A stretch of DNA of 64,000 nucleotides, taken from positions 3,296,001 to 3,360,000 of the forward strand of contig OZ241869.1 of the NCBI GenBank assembly GCA_965202805.1. Reading direction: 5' to 3'. Position 1 is the stretch's first letter. The number at the start of each line of letters is the position of its first letter. The stretch is from Longimicrobiales bacterium (GTDB lineage Bacteria; Gemmatimonadota; Gemmatimonadetes; Longimicrobiales; Gaopeijiaceae). Made by a program: the position numbers and the translations under genes. The notes under the pieces were generated by a model, which was given only the letters and a program-made list of their open reading frames with translations, was not told where the DNA came from and did not search any database. This document shows, piece after piece, positions 47,854-58,101 of this stretch.

Positions 47854-49650
47854 TCAGTTGCCGCCCGTCTGCATGAGCAGATGGCCCTGCGGGTCGAGAG
47901 TCGTTGCGGAAGGCGCGGCTTCGAGCGGGATGCGGAACGTCTGTTCCCTCCCGGTGACCTCGACGCGGCGGCGTTCGGCGTTGCCGTTCACCTCGAAGCC
48001 GATGTCCAGCGGGAGACGGAAGGCGGGCCAGTCGGCCTGCTGGGTCTGCCGGATGGTGACCTCCGCCTCGCCGGCATCCGCATCCCAGGTGGTCTCGGAC
48101 GTGACCACCGGAAAGCCGGGCCGGTAAAGCCATTGCTCGAAGAACCAGCCCAGGTCGGAGCCGGAGACCTCCTCCATGACGGCGCGGAAGTCCGAGGTGC
48201 TCGCCACGCCGTCGCGGAAGCGCGCGTAGTAGCTGCGGATGCCGGCGAAGAAGACCTCGTCTCCCAGCATGCCCCGCAGCATGTGCAGCACCCATGCTCC
48301 CTTCGGATAGTTGTTCGCGTTGAGCAGGCTGAAGAGGTTGGTCTCCTCGCGGTCCACCACGGGCCGGTTGACGTCGGTCGAGGCGAGCACGCGCTGGCGG
48401 TTGCCTTCCATCATATTGCGGAAGTCCGCGGGTCCGTCGGCCTCCTCGAAGAAGAGCGCCCCGAAGTAGGTGGCGAAGCCCTCGGAGAGCCAGAGGTCGT
48501 ACCACTCCGACTCCGTGACGCTGTCGCCGAACCACTGGTGGGCGATCTCGTGTGAGACGGTGCCCTCCATGTTCCGGCCTTCGGCGATGCCCTGCTCGGT
48601 GTAGAAGATGGCCGAGGAGTTCTCCATGCCGCCGAAGCGGGTGGCGCTCTGCACGTTGGCCAGCTTCTCGTAGGGGTAGGGGCCGATGAGGTCGGTGAAG
48701 AAGTCGACCATCTCGGCCGCGCGCCGGAAGATGCGGGCGGCGTTTTCGGTGTCCTGCGGGTAGACCCAGTAGCTCACGCGCGTGCAGCCGTCGCTGCGCG
48801 GGGAGACGGGGGAGTTGCCGCACGCGGCCAGCCCCACCTGGCGCACGGCGAGGTCGGCGCCGCCGACCACCATGGTGTAGCTGGGGATGGGCACCGAGGT
48901 GGTCCAGCGCCAGGTGCGCCGGCCGGCCGCGCCTCCCAGGGCGTCGTCGCCGGTGGGGGTGGGGGGGGCTGCGATAGTGCCGTTGGCGATCACCTGCCAG
49001 GCGGCGGGCGCGTGGATGGTGTATTCCACCGTCGCCTTGTCGCTCGGGTGGTCGACGGACGGGAACCAGAAGCGCGCCCGGTTCGGCCAGTTGTCGGCGA
49101 AGGCCGCCGGGTCGCCGTGCACGTTGTCGCGCAGGATGAGCCCGTCGTCGGGGGTGCCGCCGTAGGCCACGGCCACCTCCACGGTGCCGGTCGCGCCCGG
49201 GGGCGCGAAGACGCGCAGCTTGCCGTCGGCGTACTCGAACGGGGTGCGGACGCCGTCGACCTCGATGGCGTGAACGGCCAGCCCCACCAGGTCGAACTCC
49301 ATCGGCGCCTCCGGGTCGGCGGGGGGCGCGACCACGATGCGCGCGCGGGCGTCGAAGTCGTCCCGGTCCTCATGGAGCGATAGCTCCAGGTCGTAGTGGA
49401 GGACGTCGAAGGCGCCCGCGTACTCGCCGGGGAGGGGGGCTCGCCCCGCCTCTACGGGGTCCGGCTCGGAGGCGCTCATCACGGCTCCGGGCTCGAGGGG
49501 AACGTCCGGGGCGAGCTCGGGGGCGGGGGTGTCCGCCGCGGGCGGGGTGGCGGGGGCGCATGCGGCGGCGAGCATGCCGGCCAGGACCAGCAGGGGAGAC
49601 GGCATGCCGGGGGGCGGTGCAATGAAGCCGAGGGCCCTTCGAGGGTTCAC
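47854..49650 (-). CDS. M1 family aminopeptidase (lipoprotein)
   Basis: GGMEN, HEIAHQWFGD..WLSEGFATY, YPKGAWVLHML; lipobox AAAC; GTG start chosen by its GGAGG RBS. Confidence 0.92.
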   Translation of the reverse strand: MNPRRALGFIAPPPGMPSPLLVLAGMLAAACAPATPPAADTPAPELAPDVPLEPGAVMSASEPDPVEAGRAPLPGEYAGAFDVLHYDLELSLHEDRDDFDARARIVVAPPADPEAPMEFDLVGLAVHAIEVDGVRTPFEYADGKLRVFAPPGATGTVEVAVAYGGTPDDGLILRDNVHGDPAAFADNWPNRARFWFPSVDHPSDKATVEYTIHAPAAWQVIANGTIAAPPTPTGDDALGGAAGRRTWRWTTSVPIPSYTMVVGGADLAVRQVGLAACGNSPVSPRSDGCTRVSYWVYPQDTENAARIFRRAAEMVDFFTDLIGPYPYEKLANVQSATRFGGMENSSAIFYTEQGIAEGRNMEGTVSHEIAHQWFGDSVTESEWYDLWLSEGFATYFGALFFEEADGPADFRNMMEGNRQRVLASTDVNRPVVDREETNLFSLLNANNYPKGAWVLHMLRGMLGDEVFFAGIRSYYARFRDGVASTSDFRAVMEEVSGSDLGWFFEQWLYRPGFPVVTSETTWDADAGEAEVTIRQTQQADWPAFRLPLDIGFEVNGNAERRRVEVTGREQTFRIPLEAAPSATTLDPQGHLLMQTGGN

Positions 49651-49838
49651 GTCGATATCCTCCGAGGCGCCCGGGGAGCCGGCGGGCACCATGCTGGTTT
49701 GCATGCATGATCGTGAGCGGTCCAATATCACGGATGCCTCATGCTGCCGCCAACCGGGGCCTCGAGTACCGGGCCCGATGCGCCGTGCGCCCTGCGCGGC
49801 AACCGGTCACCGGACGATCACCGACCCGCCCTCATCCC

Positions 49839-51152
49839 ATGAATCGCATCATGTATCGCCATCCATCGTGCAACAGACTCCGCGCCATCGTCCTCGCGTC
49901 GCTCCTCGCCCTCACGGCACTGGCCGGATCGGCTCCGCGCCAGGCGCGCGCGCAGGAGCTGCCCCGCGTCGCCCCCGCCGAAGCCGGGTTCGCGCCCGGC
50001 CGCCTGGAGCGGGTCGGCGCGATGCTGGACGAATACGTCGTCGACGGGCGCTTGCCGGGCGCGGTCGTCGCCGTGCTTCGGGACGGCGCCGTGGTGTATG
50101 AGCACGCAACCGGTTCCGCCGACCTGGAGGCGGGCACGCCGCTGGGGGCGGACGCGATCTTCCGCATCGCCTCGCAGACCAAGGCCATCGTGAGCGTGGC
50201 TGTGATGATGCTGCAGGAGGACGGCGCGCTGCTGATCTCCGATCCGGTGGGGAAGTACCTGCCTGCGTTCACGGAGACCACGGTCGCCGAACCGCTGCCG
50301 GACGGAGGGTACGACGTGGTGGCGGCGCAACGGCCGATCACCGTTCGCGACCTGCTCACCCATACGGCGGGGATCGCCTACGGCATGGGCGGGCCCGGAG
50401 CGGATCGCTGGAGGGAGGCGGAGATCAGCGGATGGTATTTCGCCCACCGCGAGGAACCTGTGCGCGCGACGGTCGACCGCATGGGGTCGCTGCCCTTCCA
50501 GGCCCAGCCCGGGGAGCGCTTCGTCTACGGCTACAACACCGACATCCTGGGGGCGCTGGTCGAAGCCGTCTCGGGGCGGACCCTGGAGGCCTTCCTGCAC
50601 TCGCGCATCTTCGAGCCGCTGGACATGCGCGACACCCACTTCTACCTGCCGCCGGAGAAGCGGGACCGGCTGGCGACGGTCTACAACCGGAGAATCCCGG
50701 GGGCACTGGCGCGGGCCCGCGACGGCGAGGGCATGGATGCACAGGGGCAGTACGTGGACGGCCCCCGGATCAGCTTCTCGGGCGGCGCGGGACTGCTCTC
50801 CACCGCGCGCGACTACGCCCGCTTTCTGCAGATGATGCTCGACGGCGGCACGCTCGGAGATTCGCGCATCCTTTCCCCGGCGAGCGTCGCGCTGATGACC
50901 AGCAACCACGTGGGCGACCTATTCGCGCCGGGGATGGGGTTCGGGCTGGGCTTCAGCGTGCGCCTGGATCTGGGGGAGGCCGGTGAACCGGGCTCGCTCG
51001 GGGACTACGGCTGGGGCGGCGCCTACCACACCACCTACTGGGTGGACCCGGTGGAACGGCTGGTGGTCGTCTACTTCACCCAGGTCATCCCCGCCGCCGG
51101 CCTGGACGATCACCAGAAGCTGCGAGCGCTGGTGTACGGGGCGCTGCGCTAA
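49839..51152 (+). CDS. Serine hydrolase, beta-lactamase/esterase family
   Basis: FRIASQTK (SxxK), LLTHTAG, YGYNTD, WGGAY; signal peptide. Confidence 0.92.
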   Translation: MNRIMYRHPSCNRLRAIVLASLLALTALAGSAPRQARAQELPRVAPAEAGFAPGRLERVGAMLDEYVVDGRLPGAVVAVLRDGAVVYEHATGSADLEAGTPLGADAIFRIASQTKAIVSVAVMMLQEDGALLISDPVGKYLPAFTETTVAEPLPDGGYDVVAAQRPITVRDLLTHTAGIAYGMGGPGADRWREAEISGWYFAHREEPVRATVDRMGSLPFQAQPGERFVYGYNTDILGALVEAVSGRTLEAFLHSRIFEPLDMRDTHFYLPPEKRDRLATVYNRRIPGALARARDGEGMDAQGQYVDGPRISFSGGAGLLSTARDYARFLQMMLDGGTLGDSRILSPASVALMTSNHVGDLFAPGMGFGLGFSVRLDLGEAGEPGSLGDYGWGGAYHTTYWVDPVERLVVVYFTQVIPAAGLDDHQKLRALVYGALR

Positions 51153-51247
51153 GTGGCAGCCCTCGGGCGAACCCCGCGCGGCATTCGCGCGGCGATGCAT
51201 CAGCGCTGAATCGCTTCGCTCTGCGGTGCCTTCAGGCCGCTTCCGAG

Positions 51248-51607
51248 CTACCCTCCGACGTGCCGCCGATAGTGCAGCAGGCGCGCCGCGTGGGCGAAAC
51301 CGTAGAAGTACTTTCGCAACCCTTCCGCTGATTCAGGGGGCACGTCGGGATCGAAGAAAAGGCGGCAGAATTCCTCTCGCGCTCTGAGAATCTCCTGACA
51401 GCGGTGGCCGTGCCAGCGCGGGTCTGCGGCGGTCAGATCGAAGAGCTCCAGCGCCCGTTCCAGGGCACCCTCGAACCGGCTCGTCCGTCCGGCGCTGTGG
51501 GCTCGGATGGTGCGCTCCACTTCGCTGCCTGTGTTTCCGAGCTGTTCAACGAGCTCCAACCGGTTCCAGCCGCCTGCCGCGGCGCGCTTGTGGAGGGTGC
51601 GGCTCAT
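51248..51607 (-). CDS. Hypothetical helical protein paired with the DUF5674-like gene
   Basis: W..L.LVEQLGNTGSEVER..ERALELFDLT..EILRARE; starts 10 bp after the upstream gene. Confidence 0.75.
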   Translation of the reverse strand: MSRTLHKRAAAGGWNRLELVEQLGNTGSEVERTIRAHSAGRTSRFEGALERALELFDLTAADPRWHGHRCQEILRAREEFCRLFFDPDVPPESAEGLRKYFYGFAHAARLLHYRRHVGG

Positions 51608-51617
51608 CTGCAGTGGA

Positions 51618-51971
51618 TCATCCCGCGATGATCAATGATTCGACGACGACGCGGATGCGAGCCCGGGTTCGCGCGTCGTCGACGCCTCGCGACCGATTGC
51701 CGTCGCGGGGACGGATGTTGATCATGGAGTCGAACTCGATCCAGTCCGCGCCGTCGTCCCCCGGATAGAGGTTGATTCCCCAGAGATCGCCCTGACGAGA
51801 CCCCTGTGCCAGGAGGACGGCTTCGTCGTCGGCGTGCAGGTCTCCGCCGACGACCATGATCCCGCGCGATACGTCGACAACGGCCTTGATCCAGTCGCCG
51901 AACTGCTCTTCGGCCCACCCGAAAAGCTCTTCGCGGGCGATGGGGGTCGTGACCACGCGTCCGGTTGTCAA
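51618..51971 (-). CDS. DUF5674-like protein
   Basis: KAVVDV..MVVGGDLHAD.E..LL..GS.Q.DLWGINLYP..IEFDSMINIRP..NRSR. Family recognised from memory; start uncertain. Confidence 0.75.
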   Translation of the reverse strand: MTTGRVVTTPIAREELFGWAEEQFGDWIKAVVDVSRGIMVVGGDLHADDEAVLLAQGSRQGDLWGINLYPGDDGADWIEFDSMINIRPRDGNRSRGVDDARTRARIRVVVESLIIAG

Positions 51972-52157
51972 TCCATGGATTCCTGGCCTGGGGAGCAGTT
52001 GGTGCCCGCCTGGGTCCCGCGAGTCGCCAGAACGGCGCGACACAAGGTAACGCCCGGCTGCCTCGCGCGGGGATGGCCCGCCGCGATCGCGTGCGTTGCC
52101 CGTCAGGCGCGCCCGAGCGTGGCGTAGCCCATTGACGCGGCTCCCGGCCCCGGGGCC

Positions 52158-53360
52158 TCACTCCTGCTCCGGCTCGGGCAGCTTCGCCCACACCATCCAT
52201 CCCATGCAGAACACGGCGACCGCGCCGATGACCGTGTTGCCGGCGAATCCCAGGTTCGAGTAGGAGTACCCGGCCACCATCGCGCCCAGCGCGAACCCGA
52301 CCTGTCCGAGCGCGACCGTCAGGCTCATGAGGGAACCGCGCCGGCTGGCGGGCACGAGCGCGGTCAGGAGTGCCGAGTACGGGCTCGTGCGCATCGCGAT
52401 CAGCATCATCATCACGGCGTAGAGGGGATAGGCGACCCAGAGGCTGGTGATCAGCGGCACCGTCGCGAGCATGACCACCGAGAGCCCCAGGCAGGAAGAG
52501 ATCACCATCACCTTGCGGCCCACCCGGTCCGACAGCCTGCCCGCCTGGGGGCCCGCGATGACGTTGGCCACGCCCGCCACCAGGAACAGCGAGGCGATCT
52601 GTTCGGGGCTGGCGTCGTGGAAGGCCGCCAGCCAGGTGGGGAAGTAGACCACGAAGAGCGCGACCCCCAGCGACACGGTGCAGAAGGCGAGCGCGGCAAA
52701 GGCGATCTCCGGGCGGCGCAGCATGACGACATAGCTCGCGATCGCCCGGTTGACCGTCAGCCGCGAGCTCCGGCGCTTCACAGGGGGCTGCGGCACCCGC
52801 GTGTACACCAGCAGGAAGGTCAGCGCCATCATGACGCCGAAGAAGTAGAAGGGGCTGCGGAAGCCGAAATCGCCCGCGAGCAGGACGCCCACCGGAATGC
52901 CGATGATGAGGCCGACCGCCGATCCGCTCATGACCCAGCCCGTCGCCCATCCGCGCCGCCGGTAGGGGAAGTAGTCGCCGACGTAGGACACCGCGGCGCC
53001 GGACAGCACGCCGCCCGCGGCGCCCGCGAGCACGCGCACCACCAGGAACTCCAGATAGGAGTCCACGAAGGTGTGCAGGGCGAGCGCGCAGGTCATCGCC
53101 CCGGATCCGAGCAGCAGGATGCGGCGCCGCCCGACGCGGTCGGAAATCGGTCCGGAGATCACCGCCATGATCCCCACCATCAGGCTGTAGACCGTGACCA
53201 GGGTGCCCAGGAATGCATCGGCGATGCCCAGTTCTTCCCGGATCAGCGGCAGGATCGGGGCGATCACCATGGTCTGACTGCTCGCGGAGAAGACGAGCAG
53301 CCAGAGCGCGAAGACGATCAGGTATGGGTGTGCGGGTGCGTTCGGATCCTTCACGAACAA
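52158..53360 (-). CDS. MFS transporter
   Basis: About 12 TM segments; motif A twice (GPISDRVGRR, GRLSDRVGRK). Confidence 0.93.
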   Translation of the reverse strand: MFVKDPNAPAHPYLIVFALWLLVFSASSQTMVIAPILPLIREELGIADAFLGTLVTVYSLMVGIMAVISGPISDRVGRRRILLLGSGAMTCALALHTFVDSYLEFLVVRVLAGAAGGVLSGAAVSYVGDYFPYRRRGWATGWVMSGSAVGLIIGIPVGVLLAGDFGFRSPFYFFGVMMALTFLLVYTRVPQPPVKRRSSRLTVNRAIASYVVMLRRPEIAFAALAFCTVSLGVALFVVYFPTWLAAFHDASPEQIASLFLVAGVANVIAGPQAGRLSDRVGRKVMVISSCLGLSVVMLATVPLITSLWVAYPLYAVMMMLIAMRTSPYSALLTALVPASRRGSLMSLTVALGQVGFALGAMVAGYSYSNLGFAGNTVIGAVAVFCMGWMVWAKLPEPEQE

Positions 53361-53520
53361 GGTCCGATCGGTCCCGCGCGCCCCGTCCCGGGTTTTCGAG
53401 GCGGATCGACCAATGGCGCGCCGGCGTCAGCTACGCGAACGCACGGCTCTCCCGGCGCCCGCCATGCCCCCCTCCGGACAATCACCCCGGGATGTCGTCG
53501 TCGCCCGGCGCCCGGAGCCG

Positions 53521-55254
53521 TCAGCTTCCCGGCGGCGCCGCCGCTCCCCCGTCCGGACTGCGCGGATCGGGCGCGCCGATGAACTCGCCGGTCGCCGGGT
53601 CTACCCCGATCGAGCTGGCGCGCCCCTGGCTGCCCCGCACCTGCACCTCGTGGCCCATCGCCTCCAGCGCCGCGACATCCGCATCCGCAACGCCGCCCTC
53701 CTCGACGCGCACGTTGTTCGGGAGCCACTGGTGATGGATCCGGGGCGCGGTCACCGCCTCCTCGATGGTCATGCCGTGGTCGACGATGTTGAGCACCAGC
53801 TGCATCACCGTATTGATGATGGTGCGCCCGCCCGGGGTCCCGATGACCGCCACCAGCTCTCCGTCGCGCGACAGCACGGAGGGGCTCATGCTCGAGAGCA
53901 TGCGCTGCTCGGGCCGCGCCAGGTTGGCCTCCGTCCCGATCAGTCCCCGCTCGTTGGTGAGGCCGGGCTTGCCGTTGAAGTCGCCCATCTCGTTGTTGAG
54001 GAGGAAGCCCGCTCCGGGCACGGTGATCTTGGAGCCGTAGCCCTGCTCCAGCGTGTAGGTGACCGAAACCGCCATGCCGTCGCGGTCCACGACCGAGTAG
54101 TGCGTGGTCTCGGTGCTCTCTTCCGCCATGACCAGCTGGGACGGCTCCGAATGGCCGGCCCGGTCGGCGGCGATCCCGCCCCGCAGCTCGTCCGCGTAGG
54201 CCTTGCTGGTCAGCCGCTCCAGCGGCACCTCGGCGAAATCGGTGTCGGCCAGGTGCTGGGCCCGGTCGCGGTACGCGAAGCGCATGGCCTCGGTGAGATG
54301 GTGGATGTAGGCCGCGGAATTGTGCCCCATCGACGCCATGTCGAAGCCTTCCAGGATGTTCAGCATCTGTACGATGGCGGTGCCGCCGCTCGAGGGAGGC
54401 GGCATCGAGACCAGGTCGTAGCCCCGGTAGGTCCCGCGGATGGGCGTTCGCTCCTGCGCCTCGTAGCGCGCCAGGTCCTCCTCGGTGATCATGCCCCCGC
54501 CGCGCTCCATCTCCTCCGCGAGGAGACGCGCGGTCTCGCCCGCGTAGAACCCGTCCCTGCCCTGGTCGCGGATGAGCCCGAGGGTGCGGGCGAGGTCCGG
54601 CTGCCGGAACAGCTCTCCCTCATCATAGGGAACGCCGTCCTTCGAGAACTGGGCGACGCTCGCGGGATAGGGCTCCATGCGCGAAAGCACGGAGGCCAGC
54701 GAACGCGCCAGCGCGGGGCTCAGCGGGAAGCCGTCGCCGGCCAGGCTCACCGCGGGCTCGACGAGGTCCGCCCAGGCCGTCCCGCCGCCGTAGCGCTCGT
54801 GGGCGAGAGCGAAGCCCGCCACGGTTCCCGGCACGCCGACCGCCAGATAGCTGCCGTGGTGGATGTCGAAGGAGTACTCGCCGTTCTCGTCCGTGAACAT
54901 CTCGGGATGCGCGGCGAGCGGCGCCTTCTCGCGGAAGTCGAGGGCGGTCGCGCCGCCGTCGGGACTCCGGATGACCATGAAGCCTCCGCCCCCGATGTTC
55001 CCGGCGGAGGGATGGACCACGGCCAGGGCGAAGCCGGTGGCGATGGCGGCGTCGACGGCGTTGCCTCCCGCGGCGAGCACGTCGGCGCCCACCTCGCTGG
55101 CGATGATGTTGGTGGACGACACCATGCCGTCGTGTGAGCGCAGGCCCAGGGTCGGGGGGGCGTCATCTCCCGTACGGGATGGCATTTCGCCCGCCTGACA
55201 GGCAGCCAGGGCCACGAGCAGCGGGAGCATCCAGCGCGACTTCGAACTCATCAT
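53521..55254 (-). CDS. ggt: Gamma-glutamyltransferase
   Basis: GGNAVDAA, GNIGGGGF, DFRE.AP, ETTHYS autocleavage Thr, LNNEMGDF, LSSMSP, GTPGG. Confidence 0.96.
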   Translation of the reverse strand: MMSSKSRWMLPLLVALAACQAGEMPSRTGDDAPPTLGLRSHDGMVSSTNIIASEVGADVLAAGGNAVDAAIATGFALAVVHPSAGNIGGGGFMVIRSPDGGATALDFREKAPLAAHPEMFTDENGEYSFDIHHGSYLAVGVPGTVAGFALAHERYGGGTAWADLVEPAVSLAGDGFPLSPALARSLASVLSRMEPYPASVAQFSKDGVPYDEGELFRQPDLARTLGLIRDQGRDGFYAGETARLLAEEMERGGGMITEEDLARYEAQERTPIRGTYRGYDLVSMPPPSSGGTAIVQMLNILEGFDMASMGHNSAAYIHHLTEAMRFAYRDRAQHLADTDFAEVPLERLTSKAYADELRGGIAADRAGHSEPSQLVMAEESTETTHYSVVDRDGMAVSVTYTLEQGYGSKITVPGAGFLLNNEMGDFNGKPGLTNERGLIGTEANLARPEQRMLSSMSPSVLSRDGELVAVIGTPGGRTIINTVMQLVLNIVDHGMTIEEAVTAPRIHHQWLPNNVRVEEGGVADADVAALEAMGHEVQVRGSQGRASSIGVDPATGEFIGAPDPRSPDGGAAAPPGS

Positions 55255-55458
55255 CCGGCTCTCCAGGTATCGGTTCGGATTCGGACCCGGAATATGTACG
55301 GTCGGGCCGCCGAATCACCAGACCCGGAGCGCAAATCCCGGAACCAGCCGAGCCGGGTGCTGGTACAGATGGCGCGGGCGCGGCCCCATGGCGGTTGGCC
55401 CTGCGCCGCCCCGCGTCCAGCCCCTCACGAAATCCGCGCACGGAAGGGTCGGCCCGAG

Positions 55459-56214
55459 ATGACACCATGGGTCAGACGTCTGATCACCGCCAACGTGGCG
55501 GTTTTTCTGCTCCTTGCGGTCGCAGGGCCGCGGTCGGACGGCTTCTGGGCCCTCACGCTGGTGCCCCAGTTGGCCTTCCTGCGTCCATGGACGCTCCTCA
55601 CCTACATGTTCCTCCACGCCGGCTTCTGGCATCTCGCCCTCAACATGCTGGGGCTGTACTTCTTCGGTCCCCGGCTGGAGTTGCGCATGGGGTCGGCGCA
55701 CTTCCTCAGGCTCTACCTGTTCGGCGGTCTGGGGGGCGCGCTCTTCTCCTTCCTGCCCCCCATGGCGCCGGTGGTGGGCGCCTCGGGCGCCGTGTTCGCG
55801 GTCCTGCTGGGCTTCGCCCGCTACTGGCCCCGGGAGCCGGTCTACATCTGGGGCATCCTGCCCATCCGGGCGCGCTGGCTGATCCTCTTCCTCGCGGGCT
55901 TCAGCCTGTTCGCGGGCATCACCCAGGTAAACGACGGCGTGGCGCACTTCGCGCACCTGGGCGGTTTTGCCGGCGCACTGGTCTACCTCTGGGCCCGGGA
56001 GCGCCGCCGCCGGAGGGTGCGGCGGCGCATGCAGGGGGTGGTCAAGGCCCGGCCCGAAGCGGAGATGCGGCGCAAGTGGGAACTCATCCCGGTGGACGAG
56101 CTGCACGAGCTCAACCGCGCCGAAGTCATCGCGCTGCTCCGCAAGGTGCAGGCCTTCGGCGCGCGCAGCCTCACGGTGGACGAGCGCGCTTTTCTGGACC
56201 GCATGGTGCCCTGA
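55459..56214 (+). CDS. Rhomboid family intramembrane serine protease
   Basis: TYMFLH..HLALNM, GASGA, AHFAHLGG; C-terminal soluble tail (LTVDERAFL). Confidence 0.93.
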   Translation: MTPWVRRLITANVAVFLLLAVAGPRSDGFWALTLVPQLAFLRPWTLLTYMFLHAGFWHLALNMLGLYFFGPRLELRMGSAHFLRLYLFGGLGGALFSFLPPMAPVVGASGAVFAVLLGFARYWPREPVYIWGILPIRARWLILFLAGFSLFAGITQVNDGVAHFAHLGGFAGALVYLWARERRRRRVRRRMQGVVKARPEAEMRRKWELIPVDELHELNRAEVIALLRKVQAFGARSLTVDERAFLDRMVP

Positions 56215-56238
56215 CGCTATCCTGTCCCAAGATTCCAG

Positions 56239-56297
56239 GTCTGCCATTTTGGCAGACTTTCGCTCCCGCAGATGATGAATCTGCCATTTTGGCAGAC
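56239..56297. repeat. Twin palindrome copy 4 (no arm)
   Basis: CTGCCATTTTGGCAG at 56241 and 56281 (40-bp spacing), in the rhomboid-amidohydrolase intergenic region. Confidence 0.9.
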
Positions 56298-56350
56298 CTT
56301 CGGGTCGCCACCGTTTCATCCGGCTCTCTCCATCCTGCCCGGAGTTGCCC

Positions 56351-58084
56351 ATGAGCAAGCTGTCTCTCGTTGTTCCGCTCACGCGATCGGCGCTTCTGCC
56401 GGGCCTGGTGATCGCGGCCTGCGTGCCCGGTCCCGCCGAGTACGCGGATCTGGTGCTTACCGGAGGCAAGGTCGTGACCGTGGACGACGCCCTGCCGGAA
56501 GCGGAGGCGCTCGCGGTGACCGGGCACACCATCACGGCAGTGGGGACGAGCGAGGAGATCGGCGGATACGTCGGTCCCGCGACCGAGGTCGTCGAGCTCG
56601 GCGGCCGGCTGGTGATTCCCGGCTTCATCGAGGGGCACGGGCACTATATGAGCCTCGGCCGCGCGAAGATGATTCTCGACCTCACCACCGCCACCAGCTG
56701 GGACGACATCGTCCGGATGGTGGGGGACGCGGCCGCCCAGGCGCCGCCGGGTGAGTGGGTGACCGGACGCGGCTGGCACCAGGAGAAGTGGACCTCGACG
56801 CCAGAGCCGAACGTGGATGGCGTGCCGCTGCACGCCGCGCTCTCGGCGGCGAGCCCGGAGAATCCGGTCAGCCTGGAGCACGCCAGCGGCCACGCGGCCT
56901 TCGCCAACGCGCTGGCGATGGAGCTGGCCGGAATCGACGACAACACCCCCGATCCGCCGGGCGGCACCATCGTGCGCGATGCTTCCGGCGCCGCGACCGG
57001 TCTGTTGCGCGAGACCGCCCAGTTCCTGGTGGAAGACGCCATCGACCGTGCCGGCGAGGGGCGTTCGCCCGAGGACGTGGACGCCGAATTCAGGCGCGCG
57101 GTGCAGCTGGCCGGTGAGGAGGCGCTGGCCTTCGGGGTCACCTCCTTCCAGGACGCCGGGAGCGACTTCGAGACGATAGATCGCTTGCGCGCGATGGCGG
57201 TCGAGGGGACGCTGCCGGTGCGCCTCTACGTGATGGTGCGGCGTGAGTCGAACGAGGTCATGGACGAGAAGCTGCCCGACTATCGCATCATCCCCGAGGG
57301 CAACGACTTCCTCGCCGTGCGCTCCATCAAGCGCCAGATCGACGGGGCGCTGGGGTCGCACGGGGCCTGGCTGCTCGAGAACTACATCGACATCGACAAC
57401 ACCGGGCTGGTGCTGGAGACGGTGGAGGACATCACCGGCACCGCCGAGGTGGCCATCCGGCACGGCTACCAGGTGAACACACACGCGATCGGCGACCGCG
57501 CCAACCGGGAGGTGCTCGACATCTACGAGAGGGTCTTCGCGGCCAACTCCGACCGGACCGACCTGCGCTGGCGCATCGAGCACGCCCAGCACCTCGCCCC
57601 GACGGACGTGGGGCGGTTCGCGGAACTGGACGTGATCGCCTCGATGCAGGGCGTGCACGCCACCTCCGACGGTCCCTGGCTTCCCCTCCGCCTCGGGCTC
57701 GCGCGCGCCGTCGAAACCTCGTACGTGTGGCGTGACATCCTGGATGCCGGGGTCATGATCGCCAACGGCACGGATGTGCCGGTGGAACACATCTCTCCCA
57801 TCGCCAGCTTCTACTCATCGGTGAGCCGGCGCATGAACAACGGCGAGGTCCTCTCGGGCGAGCATCGCATGACGCGCGAAGAGGCGCTCGAGAGCTACAC
57901 CATCAACAACGCCTATGCCGCCTTCGAGGAGCACCTGAAGGGCTCGCTCACCCCCGGCAAGCTCGCCGACATCGTCGTCCTCTCGCGGGACATCATGACG
58001 ATCCCCGAGGAGGAGATCCCCGCCACCGAGGTCGTGTACACGATCGTCGGCGGCGAGGTGAGGTATTCGGGCCCGGAGGACTGA
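56351..58084 (+). CDS. Amidohydrolase 3 (YtcJ-like) family lipoprotein
   Basis: PGFIEGHGH, DGALGS, HAIGDRA, RIEHAQ, GTDVPVE, GKLADIVVL; lipobox IAAC. Confidence 0.93.
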   Translation: MSKLSLVVPLTRSALLPGLVIAACVPGPAEYADLVLTGGKVVTVDDALPEAEALAVTGHTITAVGTSEEIGGYVGPATEVVELGGRLVIPGFIEGHGHYMSLGRAKMILDLTTATSWDDIVRMVGDAAAQAPPGEWVTGRGWHQEKWTSTPEPNVDGVPLHAALSAASPENPVSLEHASGHAAFANALAMELAGIDDNTPDPPGGTIVRDASGAATGLLRETAQFLVEDAIDRAGEGRSPEDVDAEFRRAVQLAGEEALAFGVTSFQDAGSDFETIDRLRAMAVEGTLPVRLYVMVRRESNEVMDEKLPDYRIIPEGNDFLAVRSIKRQIDGALGSHGAWLLENYIDIDNTGLVLETVEDITGTAEVAIRHGYQVNTHAIGDRANREVLDIYERVFAANSDRTDLRWRIEHAQHLAPTDVGRFAELDVIASMQGVHATSDGPWLPLRLGLARAVETSYVWRDILDAGVMIANGTDVPVEHISPIASFYSSVSRRMNNGEVLSGEHRMTREEALESYTINNAYAAFEEHLKGSLTPGKLADIVVLSRDIMTIPEEEIPATEVVYTIVGGEVRYSGPED

Positions 58085-58101
58085 GGCGCGTTGAGCCTCA
58101 G
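58081..58101. terminator. Short hairpin at the amidohydrolase stop
   Basis: CTGAGGC-N7-GCCTCAG between convergent genes. Confidence 0.35.
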
